DNA of 64,000 bases from Schmidtea nova (GCA_044892505.1 CM097884.1:13516001-13580000); one strand, 5' to 3'. Positions 40,611-53,501 are shown, counted from the stretch's first letter. Numbers and translations: made by a program. The notes: generated by a model from the sequence alone, not told the origin.

Positions 40611-43600
40611 ATGCCACATTGGAGTTACAAGAATTAAGAGAAGAGATCAAGAGACTTCATGAAATTTTAAAAAATTTAAAAGAACCGAATAACCAAGATA
40701 GAAGTAGAAAAGAATTCCACAATGGACAACAAGTGGAATGTTACAATTGCGGCTAAACCGGTCATATTGCACGTTTCTGCGAAGAAAAAAAGAACGAAAG
40801 ATGTTTCCGATGCAAGAAAACAGGACATATATCGAGCAATTGCCGAGAGTATTGAGAAATGGTAACATGTTTTAATTGTAATAAAAAGGGACATATAAGT
40901 AGAGAATGCTTAAACAAGAGGGACGATTATAGAAGAGTACGACAATTAGAAGAAGTGTCCATACAAAGGACAAGTACATATAGCAAATAAGAAGAAGACG
41001 ACCAATCAGAACGAATTATGAAAGCGATTACACAAAAAAGAAAAGAAGACAAAGAAAAGTAAGCTAACAATGGAAGAGAAGTGGGCACAGTTTATCGGAG
41101 GTAATGGCGACAAACCAAAGGAAAAAAATGTAAAAAAGCCACAACAGTAATATCGCAAAGACGATCGGAAAGGGCAACCAACAAGCCAATCATTTGTGCT
41201 AAAATCCAAAGAGAAGAAGTTAAAGCACTATTCGATACAGGAGCAGATCTGAATGTCATTAGCGAGGAACTGGCAAAGAAAATAATACAACGAGATTCGA
41301 CAATAGAAGTCAGGGATTCAAACGTTAGAGTAGCGTACACAGATGGAAGTAAAGGAAAAAGCCGAGGACAATTAGTATTATCACTGAGTTTGGGTCCAAG
41401 GACGACCAAACACTAATTCGAAATAATGAATGGGATATTCCCACATGGGTATATTGGACTCAGATGCATGAAAGAGCTGGGAGTAATAATGAAACCGGCA
41501 GAAGACTGTATCGAGGTAAAGGGTATTCAAATCCCATTTCTATCCAAGACATAAATACCATCGTCTTTAAACTGTTAAAGACCACTTCCAGGCGCCCAGG
41601 AGTGGGAAGACTAGTTAAAGAGACGGAAGAAGAAAAGAGAAAAGTAGTGGTAGCAGAAAATGTGACTTTGAAAGGAGAGGGAGAGTATTGGATCAAAGGG
41701 ATGATAGTAGATAAGGAGAACGAGAAGATATAGGAAGACGTAACTAATTGTTTATTTACAGGAAACAAGAGCAAGATGGAGGTAGCCGACGGACTAGGTA
41801 GCAGACGGACTAGCAACATGTTCCGAGGGATTGATTTGGGTCCGAATAAAGATGCAGGATGTAGGAGTGAAAAGTCTACTTACAGGAACAATACTGGGAG
41901 AAGCGGAAGAATGGACGGACAAGGAGGGTAAAAATAACACGTTGATGAAATTGTTAACAATCGACCAAAACAAAGAAAAGAGAAGTATAGACAGAATTGT
42001 GAAAGGGTTGATAAACAAGCTAGACGATAGATTAACAATATCAGAAAAACAGAAGATTGCACAAATTTTATGGCTGAACAAAGAGGTATTCAGTAGTTAC
42101 AAAATGGATATTGGGAAGACAAATGTGGGACAACACACTATAGAAACGGGGAAAACAACAACGATAGCTTTCAAACATAGAAGGATACCTAAGGGATTGA
42201 AGGAAGATGTGAGAAGATACATTACAGAATTGGAAGAAGCGAGAATTATTAGAGAAAGCAATTCAGGATGGAACTTTACCATAGTTGTAACTAAAAAAAT
42301 GGGGACATGAGAATGTGCATCGACTACAGAGCTTTAAATGCAAAAACAGAAAGAGCAATATTTCCAATACCATCAGCAAACAAAGTCTTTGATACGATCT
42401 GAAACGCAAAATTCTTTTCCACATTAGATATGTTCAGTGGATACTATCAAGTTCCAATCGCAGAAGAGGATATAAGGAAAACAGCATTCAGTACGAGATT
42501 CGGCCAATACGAGTTCACAAGAATGCCATTCGGATTATGTGCCACATCAGCAACATTTCAAAGAATAATGAAAGTAGTCTTAAGAAAAGAGAACTGGACT
42601 AACTGTGTGATATATTTGGACGATATTCTGGTATTTGGGAAAACAATTGAAGAACACAACGAAAGATTAGATAGAGTACTACAGAAGATGAGAGAAGCGG
42701 GACTAAAATTATCACCGGAGAAATACCACTTACTAAAAAACGAGGTAAGATTTTTGGGACACATTATAAACGAAAAAGGAGTACAGACGGACCCAGACAA
42801 ACCCAAAGCGATAAGGGAATATAAGAAACCAATGTGTCAGAAAGAGCTAAGGACATTTCTAGGGATGACGGGATAAAACAGAAACTTCATTCAAGGCTAC
42901 GCTAAGACGACAGAACCTTTAGACGAAATGCTTCGAACAGAAAACAAATTTAGATGGACGGAGGAAAGACAAGGATCGTTCGAGAGATTAAGGCAGGCTT
43001 TACTATCACCGCCAATATTAACATTACCAACTACAGATGGATACTACGTTTTAGACACAAACGCGTCTAACGATTCAATAGGGGCCGTCCTATCTCAAAT
43101 CCAAGATGGGAAGGAGAGAGTTATTTCGTATGGGTCGAAAACTATGACGAAAACGCAGAGGAAATATTGTATCACACGCAAGAAACTGTTGGCAATTTAC
43201 ACATTTGTATTAAAATACAAGTATTATTTAGTAGGTAAAAAGTTCACAGTAAGAACAGATCATCAGGCACTTAAATGGTTATTAGATTGGAGTAGTCCAA
43301 ACACCTCTCAATATTGTGTATGGAAAGCAGAACTAGAAATATATGACATGAAAGTGGAATTTAGAAAAGGGAAAGACCATTGCAATGCGGTTACATTGTC
43401 AAGAATTACACCATGCGAACAATTGCGACTGAAACACGCGGACCCAAGAAAGAAACGAAATGTAAAAGTTTAAGAGGAAGAAAACAATTCTACAGAAGAG
43501 AACAAGTCAGAAAGAATTATATGTCAAATAAATACGAAGACGGATTCAAAAGTTAGGCAAATAATCGATTGGATACAGCAAGGGAGAAAAGAACTAAACC

Positions 43601-44929
43601 GGAAACACTTAGAACTATGAAGAAAAGCGGAGCTTATGTATGTCAGCGAAAGAAATCTTATGATTAAGAAAACAGAAGGACATATGAAAATACTACCAGA
43701 AGAAGAAAGAAATAGATATATTGACGAGTTACATCGGGAATTGGAACATTTCGGCATTGAAAGAACCACGAGAGCAGCCAAAGAAAAATACTATTGGCCA
43801 AATATCAACGAGAACGTTATAGATAGAGTAAACCGATGTATAGCCTGTCAACACAACAAGTATATAAACGGAAGAGTAAGAGCACCACTACAGAGTTTTA
43901 TAAGCAGTAGACCTTTAGAAATTTTGGGAATAGACATTACGGGACCTTTTCCAATGACAAGAAAAGGAAATAGATACATTCTGGGATTAATTGACTACTT
44001 CACAAAATACCCATATCTAATACCACTCCCAGAAATTACGACAGAAACAGTGGCTAGAGCAATATTGGAAGAATGGATCACAAAATTCGGTATACCAGAA
44101 AGGATTCACTCAGATCAGTGAAAGAATTTTGAGTCAAATATGTTTAAGGGTTTGTGCAGTCTGATAGGATCAAAGAAAACCTGTACATCACCGTACTACC
44201 CACAATCTGACGGCTTAATCGAAAGAATGTTCCAAACAGCAAAAAGTATGATGACAGTGACCATGTTCGACAGAAAGACGAAGGAATGGGATTCAACAGT
44301 ACACAAGGTAGAATATAGAGTAAGGAACACAATCCATAAAAGTATTGGATATAAACCGATAGAATTAATGTTCGGCAGAACACCAAAAGTAAGAGAAGAA
44401 ATAGGGGACATAATATTACCACAAGACTACGGAGAATTCATGAGAAAACTGAGAACAGAGTTAACGAACATAGAAGAGGAAGTTAAAAAGAGAACTGATA
44501 AAGTGAGAGTATATAACGAAAAGATTTACAATCGAAATAGATGGAATACAGACGTCAAAATAGGAGATTCGGCATTAGTAAAAGTAGTGCAGAAACAAGA
44601 ATTTGGGTAGAAATACTGCGGCCCATATGAAATACTGGAGAAAGTAAATGATTGGACTTTTAAATTAAGAAGAGGCTGATGGGAAGATAATACAGCGTAA
44701 TTATAACCAGATTAAGATTATACCAGAAAGATCAGAAATAGCAAAGATGGAGACGGACAGTTGGGGAACAAATATATGGCCAAGAACAAAAGAATCGGAG
44801 AGATTGGAAGAGGTTAACGAAGCAACGTCAACGGGAGAGAATAAAGAGACCACAGGAAGATACCCGAAAAGACACATTAGAAATGTGAAGACGCGATTAA
44901 TCGACGATTTCGAGTTGAGAGCCGTATAA
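40610..44929 (+). mobile_element. 5'-truncated, pseudogenised Ty3/gypsy gag-pol
   Basis: Three CCHC-type knuckles (~40735-40910), protease ALFDTGAD (~41230), RT YLDD (42613-42624), RNase H, and integrase (GIDITGPF, IHSDQ, GLIER). Many stops and frameshifts. Confidence 0.93.
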
Positions 44930-44946
44930 GACGGGGGAATGTTATA
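44928..44946 (+). promoter_or_regulatory. Polypurine tract and start of the 3' LTR (TG at 44940)
   Basis: AAGACGGGGGAA immediately followed by TGTTAT at the end of pol. The LTR end was not located (AT-rich, runs toward the gap). Confidence 0.7.
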
Positions 44947-45354
44947 TGTGAATTAATAATATTAAAATTCGTTTTAATATTATGAATTATAAAAATTGTT
45001 TGAATATTATTTGTATATAAATATAATATTCGAATTGTGGCAATTTACTTATTTAATATTATTATTTTCGAATTATGGTAATTTACTTATTTAATTTGGT
45101 TAATTCATCTATAGATATAGCATTATTAAAATACAAATATATTAAGTTTAGATATTCAGTGCTTTTCTTTTTTCTTAGAAATTACAGCATTTTTTTCTTT
45201 TTGAGGCGGCAAATTCGCATCTCGCTTTCACACAAAAAACTACTAGAACCGGGCCTGCTTTAAACAATCATTATTATTAATATAATATTTACAATTATTA
45301 TTTACATACCATACTTATTAAATTTTAAATTAATTTACAATAAGTTAAGTTTCA

Positions 45355-45498
45355 NNNNNNNNNNNNNNNNNNNNNNNNNNNNNNNNNNNNNNNNNNNNNN
45401 NNNNNNNNNNNNNNNNNNNNNNNNNNNNNNNNNNNNNNNNNNNNNNNNNNNNNNNNNNNNNNNNNNNNNNNNNNNNNNNNNNNNNNNNNNNNNNNNNN
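45355..45498. other. Assembly gap (N run)
   Basis: Run of N. Confidence 0.99.
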
Positions 45499-45531
45499 GT
45501 GATTTTTTGTGATACCCAGTGCAAATCCCCA

Positions 45532-45573
45532 ATAGCAGACTAGTTTCGAGCTTTTGGCTCTCATCAGTGCTAT
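45532..45573 (-). ncRNA. Minimal type I hammerhead ribozyme (canonical core)
   Basis: Minus strand ATAGCA-CTGATGA-GAGC(CAAAA)GCTC-GAAA-CTAG-TC-TGCTAT. It has a 6-bp stem I, 4-bp stem II, palindromic stem III ACTAGT and a GUC cleavage triplet (45540-45538). Confidence 0.88.
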
Positions 45574-45642
45574 GCAGGAAACGCGAAAATTTCTCTCCGC
45601 GAAAGGTAAGTATAAAACAAAGTCGAAATACTTTTGCTATAT

Positions 45643-46417
45643 TGTTGGGGTTAGTAAAAATTAGTAAAATACAAAAATAAAAATCATAAAAACTTAGTAA
45701 AAATCAATAAAGTATAAAATTTTCAAAATTAATTAAAATTTAGGAAAAATTCGAAAACAGAGAATTAGCGGGGGAAATTGGTATGGGTGAATGCCGAATA
45801 TTGAAACGAATCCAAAAATAATAAAACAAAGTCAATGGGGGGTCCCCAGATAGAAATAATTAAAATATTAAAGTATTAATTCATAATTAATTAGCTAAGG
45901 GAAAGCCCGAGCAAATGGGAAACCCGAGACAATGGAGAACCCGGAGAGTGTGGGATACCCGGACAAGCAATATGACAGGTAATAATTCCTGAGAAAAATA
46001 ACTTTGGAGGAGACCCAGAGAGTAACCGACATTGGACAGCTGCAGCGAAGTGGGAAACCAATCATCAGAAGCAGTATAAAAGGGAACGACAAATACTAAA
46101 GTTTGCCAGAATGGTCGAAGCAAAAGTAAGTGAATTCAGCAAGTGAGGAGTTAAGAGCGATATTTGAAAAGTTACAAACCAAATTTATTATTCCAGCGTA
46201 CCAGAAAGGGAGATCTTCCTTGGGGAGACTTATCCCTACGCGAAGTCGGAGAAGCAGTGATAAAAGTTATTGTGAAATTTTAAAGAGACTTAGTGTGTCA
46301 AAAAGTGTGATTGTTACAAATAAATTCTTCTGTGTTGGGTTATTTTATTGAATCAAATTTAAAGAACACCGAAGAGTCAGACTAACATCACCGACTAAAC
46401 ATCACAAATACCCAACA
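45643..46417 (+). mobile_element. 775-bp solo LTR
   Basis: TGTTGGG...CCCAACA termini and 4-bp TSD ATAT. It has tandem AAACCCGAG-like repeats (~45900-45950), TATAAAA near 46075 and AATAAA near 46320. Confidence 0.85.
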
Positions 46418-46732
46418 ATATACTAAACCTGGTACACTAGATAAAACATCAATTGAATATGCAAGGTCCTACAGATAATCTGTAACTTGCAAGACAGCAT
46501 TTTCAAGCACAAGCTTTGAAAATCGGGAAATTTATTTGCAGGTTTCTATGAACATTGCACGGAATTTTATCGTTAGATTTTAGTGCAATAATTTTTTATT
46601 ACATAATTTTATTAATGATAAAAAAAGAATTTATTTAACAATATTTATCAAAAAATTAAATTTAGGAAATGATGAAAAAAACAAAAATAAATAAATAATA
46701 TTTTATTAAAATTAAAAAATTTTCTTAAATTT

Positions 46733-48055
46733 TCAGTTTAAATAATCTGAATAAAACTGATATGACATTCTTTCTTTGCATTTTTTCAATATTTTCACTT
46801 TATAGTAATTTCTAAAAATAAATATTTAGCATTCTATAATTCATCACAATTTTACCTCAGAGTTCTTGACATGGATTCATAAGTCATTGTATTATTGTTC
46901 TGTATAATTCCCCACGCAGACGCAAGTTTCTTTGAATTTGTCACTTTGAAATTTCCTGCGAATTTATTCACCCAGCAAACACCTAAATTTAAATTAAATT
47001 CATGATTCGAATTTAGTAAAATTAATAAAAACTTCCACATTTCTAATTTTGATTTTTTTCTTGTAAGTTCTGATTTAATTTCCTGAATAAAATTGATCTC
47101 ACTTGTCGTTAATACATAAAAAAATTTTGACGATTCTTTTTTCTTTCTTGATTTTATCACAGAAACCTTTCTGGAATATTTTTCTTCTGATGGACTGTAA
47201 TGTGTTTCAGTATCATTTTGAAGTTTATTTTGTCGATTAAATTCTGTATAAGTGTTTAAATTTTTAATTGGATGATTGTAATAAATTTCTTGATTATGTG
47301 ATTGGTTGGAATTATATGATGAATAATCAAACTGATCTATATATTGATTGAAATTTTCAGAAATTTGGTCGTGTAAATTAGCTGAAGTATTGTTTAATGA
47401 CTCATTGCCGAACAATGTGTAAGTTTCATTAGTAAAAAAACCACTTTCTGCAGATGATAATCCAGATTGTTGGGTAGCATAAAATCGTTCATCTGTTAAA
47501 TATCCCGATTCATAGTGTACATTGGGATTATTAATTGGTACCAAATGAATATCAGATAAGTAACTGATATTATTATATTCATATGATGAAAAACCGGATG
47601 AGAGTTTTGAATAATCAATTTCAGTTTTGCAATCTGATTGGTTAATAGAATAGCAATCAAATGTATTATTAATGAGATCATTTTCTAATGGATCCTGAAT
47701 ATGTAAATGGTTGATAATTTCAAAATCGTTATTATCGGTTATTTCCTGATGATCTGCGTCAAAAAAAATTTCATTGTCTCCAAAATCATTTAAAAAATTA
47801 TCATTAAATTTTAAATCGTAATTCAAGTCTAAAAGATCTTGGTAAAATTCATTTTCGAAGTTTTCTGAGTCTAAAATGAAGTATACAAATATATTTCTAA
47901 AAATAACAATCTTTACCTATTTCATCGTTAATTTCCGGTTCAATGAAATTTGTAACTAAATTATAAATATTATAATATATATATTAAATATTTGGAAATG
48001 TTGATTTACTTGGGATTGCTGGATCAGCTTCATCTATGCATACATTATCAATTTT
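46733..48055 (-). CDS. ETS-domain transcription factor; at least 5 exons (48055-48010, 47955-47917, 47870-46856, 46811-46733, plus unlocated upstream exon/s)
   Basis: ETS motifs MWKFLLILL, CWVNK..GNFKV, LASAWG, MTYESMSRTLR. Splicing out the 44-nt GT-AG intron 46855-46812 continues into NYYKVKILKKCKERMSYQF...*. Introns of 46 and 54 nt keep the frame upstream. Confidence 0.9.
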
Positions 48056-50367
48056 CTAAATTCATATTTTAAAAAATTTAAAGAAAAAATTAACTCAACA
48101 TTTTTAGAAATCATTAAATTATGAAGTGAATTTATTTTGCTTTCATTTATATCACTTGACCAATAATTTTACTACTCAATAAATATATTATTCATATCAT
48201 AATTTATTAATAAAGTTATAGCAATAAAATTAGATTTACAAGATTACCTAATTTTATTAGTTAAATTCACCTGATAAATTTATCATATTGTTATTATGTA
48301 ATTTTAAATATTTAAAACTTTTAATTTCCATGCTAACAAAAATTTCATTTTATTAAATTTTATTATATGAATTAAAATATTTTTAATAACTATCTAAATC
48401 AGTGGTGCCCGCTGTTTATTTCAATAGATATACTTTTGAATCTATTATTTTTAAAAGCAACTGCGCTCTACAGAAATAAAATATCTAAACGTGATAATAA
48501 TAAAATACAAACAAAATCATTTTAAGTTGATCTTATTATCGGTGACTTCACGTTTATTTGTCTTTAAACAAAAATTGAAAATCTAAATAAAGCCAATTGA
48601 ACTTATATAGAATACTAAAATACTTAATCAAGTTATTTCGACTAATGAAAAATCATTTTTTTAACAATAAGAAAAATGTTTTTTGAAATAGCCGAAAAGC
48701 TTTAAGACATTGGTAAAATGATAGTTTTAGATTTTTTCATTTCTCAATGAAATTTAAAAATTGTGCAAATTTGCAAGATTTCTTAAACTACTTTTTTGCA
48801 TGTGGAATTCAGGCTAACTGTCTATTCTATCTCTAAATGCCTTTGTCAAATCTGTTGAGTTATATTTGTTTTAGCCGGAATCGAAATTTGACTCCTCGTG
48901 ATCTCCATACAAATTCAATATAAGGTCCAACATAATAAATATATTAAATGTCAAAACAATGTAGAAGATTATCAATACACCTTTAACACTCTTAGTTCTG
49001 GTGCGTTATTTGAAAACCTAACTCTAACTCATGTGACTAATTATCAATAACTCTTATATAAACTTAGCAAAATGCGTCAACTAGCAACGTTGGTAATATA
49101 ACAAATGAGTGACCATCCGCAAAAAATGAGCAGTGTTTCTAGGACTATAATAGATCGAATGTCATGGTTGAGTCCTAGTGGGATCAATAGAAAGTATATT
49201 GCTCGTTATTAAATCAAATTATATACGTTTATCCACCAAACATCGAGGAATATGAATAAATAAGAAATGATTTTAAGCCTAGATTCACGAATTACTTTCG
49301 TTTGGTGTTTCCCTTACTCAACCCATGTTTAGTGACGTTTTACATTCATAATAATCTTTTGGCGCATTCATATCCGATCAGTAAACGATTTACTGAAAGA
49401 ATCCTTATACGGTTTATTATTCGATTACCCTATTTATCAAAATCATAATTGATTCAAAAAAATTATTACAATAATTAAATTTAAATATTACGGAAAACAA
49501 ATAAATAACAAAAATTATACATAATAATATAATTAGGCATAATTAATGATACACACTCATTTCTAAATTACACACAAGATAAACACAAAAGTAAAATTAA
49601 CATTGGAGTGTTTCTTCTACTGTCATAACAACCGCGCTTCTTGTCGGCGTCGAATCCTTGATCTAGTGACTTTACTCGGCTTCCATTTCTCGGGTCGATC
49701 CGATGTCTTTTTGATTTCAGTTAAAGGATCTACTAGGTTTTATGGGAACAATTCTGCCTGTCCCAGGGATTTTGACGGATTCAATGCCATAATGATGCTA
49801 TGCTCCACTTGACATCTGGCCAATTGCGTGTAGCACTTCTGTACCATTATTTTTAAGGTGCAATTTTTGATAACATCCTCTTTAGCCTTCCTTGGCAACA
49901 TTTGAATTCGTTTCCAGCACTTGCCCATATTTTAGGCGCTGAATCATGTTGTTTTCATGGTTCGACATAGGTGAATTAATTTATCAAGGCGCAGCTCTTG
50001 ATAATTACTTTCGGCAGCCGTTTGCTCTCCATTCTCGAAAGTCGCAAGTTTTTTAATTTGACAGATTCTTCTATTTTCTGTATTGATTTAACGACTTCTT
50101 CCATTTTTATAAAAGATATTTTAACCATTTATATCTAAATAACTGTTACACAAAACAAAAATATAATAAGAATGCAAAATTTCATATGCATATATTGAAG
50201 TTCCAAGAATCTCAACTTGATGGTTAGTATATAAATAAAAGTTCATAACCAAATTTCATCCCAAGTTAGAAAACATAATCAAATTGTTGACAATTTAGAA
50301 AACTCTAAAAGCGAGAAAGAAATTGCATCAAATTGCCAGTTTGGTAGAATAAAATTATTGTCAGCTA

Positions 50368-51306
50368 TGTTGAGGTTCCCAGAATCTCAACTTGGTATCT
50401 TATATAAATAAATAAGATAATACTGGTTCAAAGATTTTATTCAAATACAACAAATACAAATTACCTAAAAAATATTACAGATTCACAATGTTATTCCTAT
50501 AATGTGTAAATATATATGTATGCGTGTGTATGTGTGAATGCCTTCTGAGCTCGATATCTTGTATGCTCGAAATTATTATTTCAATAGTCGATAACAACTA
50601 TGAAATTCTTCTTACGCAAAGATTTTATGGGTGATTTGACTGAGAAAAACGTTTGCTTATATAGTTAAATTTTGTGGTCCTTAACTTCAAGTGACAAGAG
50701 TTGTTTTCTGTCAATAATATTTGTTTTTAATAAACAATTTTTCTATTTATAATAGTACACACAACAATTACTATATTTAGAATTATCCTTTTTACCAGCA
50801 TCCTTAATGTTTAAACATGTGATAATTTATATCAGGTTGATACCTATGCTTTATTGATTATATTAATCTTCTTGTAATTTATTTCTATCTATTTTCAATA
50901 TTATTAATTATTATTTTGTTTTAATTCATGTATGATTTTTTTTTTGTTTTTTAACTGCAGTGACCCCTATCTGAAAAATAAAATTATTAAGTATTATTGC
51001 TATTTACAGTTTTTATCTTACTCAAATAAATATTTAAAAGATTATAATTGTATTAATTAACAAGTAATACTCATCAATACCTATAAAGAAAATCGTAGAA
51101 GGCATAAATCATGGCGTAACAAACTCATTTTCACAGATGGGATATTGCATTGTAGTTGTTATAAAATGTTTCTTTCTGCTATCATTAATGTAACAATTAG
51201 TTGTGTGATATTTTTTGAAAAACTCCGTCTGGTAAAATGAAATTAGTTACAATGTCTTTTTTCAAGCATTCAGAAAGACGAGAATTGACATCTATTATTT
51301 GTCACC

Positions 51307-51349
<43 letters not shown>

Positions 51350-51534
51350 TTTCATTTTTATTGCTCTTTATCAAAAATTATTTGATTCTATTTAATTTAC
51401 ACTTTCAAAATGTTTTTCACATATTTAGAAACAAATGGAAATGGGTAAACACATGCTTATTCAGGAAATTAAAATTAGTTTAGTATATTTGTTTTTATTG
51501 CTCTTGAAGAGCGTTAAACCAAAATAACGGTGCT
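50368..51534 (-). repeat. 3' LTR (proven minimum extent; true inner boundary somewhere before 51903)
   Basis: Matches 62832-64000 by eye, apart from one T in a poly-T run and one ATT unit. It begins TG on the plus strand (CA end on minus). Confidence 0.93.
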
Positions 51535-51902
51535 TATTGTCACTTAAAGTTGAATTGTGACGCCTCGCGTCAATATTGAAAATTAATTTTAATTTTAGAA
51601 TTAAATAGCCCCTAGAGAGCGTTTTAAATTAGTTAAATTAATTATTTATATATATTTGTATGGGGGGTCCTGACCCGGGATATATTTGGCGATGGAAGTG
51701 AGTTTGTCGAAATATATACACAACAACAAAAAAAATGAAATCAAACCATATAATTACACAATAAAATATAATTGTCATCAATATTTTATTAATAGAAACA
51801 AAATCCCATAAAAATAAAAATTGTCAGATAGTCATCACATAAAATATTATCATATAAAATCACTAAGATCATAATGTCATTGAATTTGATATTTTCCATT
51901 GA

Positions 51903-53501
51903 TTATTGACTTGTCATTGCCATCTGATCCACATGTATATTTATCCTGTATCTTCCATTTCCTACTGTATAATGTTTTAATTTTAAAACCCTTATTCTAC
52001 GCCCATCTTCTAACATTACTCCCTGGGGCGTTAAGGTTATGTCCTCATAACCTTTTTCTACAAAAAATACATCTATTTCATCTTCATCTATTGTTACTGT
52101 TGTCATTTTAATGTTTTTATCATATATTAATGTGATATATTTTTCTTCTTGTGTGTCCTCTATAGTGATCATTGGCTCTGGTCCTAGTTCATCTTCTATT
52201 GTGTCCATAAGTTCAACATTTGGTCGCTCTTCTTTGATGAATTGCACTTCGTCCTCATCCTCTGTTTGATTCGTTTGATTGCTTGTGCTCTCATTTCTGG
52301 GTTTCTTAGTTATTTCTTTCATTTGCTGTTCTATGTAATTTTCCCAGTCGTTTTCAGTTATCAAGTATAGAATCCTGACTATCATACAGGTGTCTTGTAC
52401 GCTAAATGGCTCTGGTTTAAGTAGAATGTCGTTGAGTTTTTTATTTCTCCGTAAATCGCTTTTGAGTTTGATGATCTGGAAAGCAAGATTAGATAATCTT
52501 ATCTTATCTTCCGGGACATTCTTTACAAAAGTTTTCGTATAGATATTATTTGACATTTCTCTTATTCCTAAAACATCATCTAAACTGATGTATATACTTC
52601 TTAATTTTTCCATAATGTCAAATCCGATAATTATTTTATTGTATAAATGTTTTTTTATTTCTATTAGTGCTTCAAATTCATCCATATTCCCCAATATTGA
52701 ATCTTTATCTATTTTGTCCATTTGTATTTTAGTCCTTGGGGTAATTTTCGTTTTAAATACACAGTCTCCATTATATTTTCTGATATGAATATCTATGGGT
52801 TTTATTTGATGATTATAATCTTTTACTGTTTTTACATCCATAAAAACTATTTTCTCTCTTCTTTCCTCGATCGTCAATACTTTCTTTGTGAATGGTGTTT
52901 TGTTTTCTATAAAATCTTCATTCATCCTGATCTCAGCCATAATTATTTCCGATTTTTCAAAAGGATTGTTTATTTTTGGAACATATAGGATTTCTATAGC
53001 CATTACGCAAGGTATATTATGAATTTGTATCGTGATGTTATTAAAATCATTCGCCATTTTTCTATATTTTATTGTCTTAAACACCGCTGTTGCTTTACTT
53101 ATGGTGGCTAACGTTGTTTCTTTGAATTTTATTGTAAGTTCTGTTTTCGTGGCGTGAATCACTATCCTATGTGGGATTCTTTTGCCTTCTTTGGTATCTT
53201 TATCTACATTCTGGCTTGGTTCAAAATAGCCTATAATGTCTCTCAGTTTTGTTCTCTTTGCTATGTTAAACTTAACTAAGTACATCTCCCTTTCTTCTGT
53301 GTCTACCTTGAACTCGTTGGGTATACATACTTGATGTGGGTATTTTCTAATTGTGAGTTCTTCTCCATCTGCCTTTATGTTATTTTGTAATGCTTTGTAG
53401 AATGTTAGTGGGTGTTTGTATGTCTTGCATGTGTATATTTGTGTGTATTTCATTGTTTTTGGATTGGTTGGGTTCGAAGTTGATGGCTCTTTTGAATTCA
53501 T
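51903..53501 (-). CDS. Accessory ORF3 (532 aa) with a degenerate REX4/ISG20-like DEDDh exonuclease fold (aa ~217-380)
   Basis: IVFMDVKT / IHIRKYNGDCVFKTKITP / EIKKHLYNKIIIGF / IREMS / RLSNLA / PFSVQDT line up in order with REXO4-type ALDCEM / VSIVN..G.CVY...VKP / EV...L.GRILVGH / IRDT / SLR.L / HCSIQDA. Confidence 0.6.
   Translation of the reverse strand: MNSKEPSTSNPTNPKTMKYTQIYTCKTYKHPLTFYKALQNNIKADGEELTIRKYPHQVCIPNEFKVDTEEREMYLVKFNIAKRTKLRDIIGYFEPSQNVDKDTKEGKRIPHRIVIHATKTELTIKFKETTLATISKATAVFKTIKYRKMANDFNNITIQIHNIPCVMAIEILYVPKINNPFEKSEIIMAEIRMNEDFIENKTPFTKKVLTIEERREKIVFMDVKTVKDYNHQIKPIDIHIRKYNGDCVFKTKITPRTKIQMDKIDKDSILGNMDEFEALIEIKKHLYNKIIIGFDIMEKLRSIYISLDDVLGIREMSNNIYTKTFVKNVPEDKIRLSNLAFQIIKLKSDLRRNKKLNDILLKPEPFSVQDTCMIVRILYLITENDWENYIEQQMKEITKKPRNESTSNQTNQTEDEDEVQFIKEERPNVELMDTIEDELGPEPMITIEDTQEEKYITLIYDKNIKMTTVTIDEDEIDVFFVEKGYEDITLTPQGVMLEDGRRIRVLKLKHYTVGNGRYRINIHVDQMAMTSQ

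Noticed and set aside
41092-44422. Numerous short minus-strand ORFs over the gypsy pol (likewise plus-strand ORFs over 51899-62714)
   Set aside because: They are antisense shadows of strongly purine-biased coding strands.
48870-48905. Reverse B-box-like GGAATCGAA motif (similar sequence at 41-60)
   Set aside because: No A box or tRNA cloverleaf; cannot support a tRNA or SINE call.
49561-50150. Possible integrase remnant (VEHSIIMALNPSKSLGQAELF)
   Set aside because: Only a faint resemblance to the H..Y.PQ.NG..ERF motif; not enough to call.
51535-51902. Polypurine tract and inner boundary of the 3' LTR
   Set aside because: There are several CA candidates (e.g. 51572, 51728) but none has a convincing adjacent purine tract; left undetermined.
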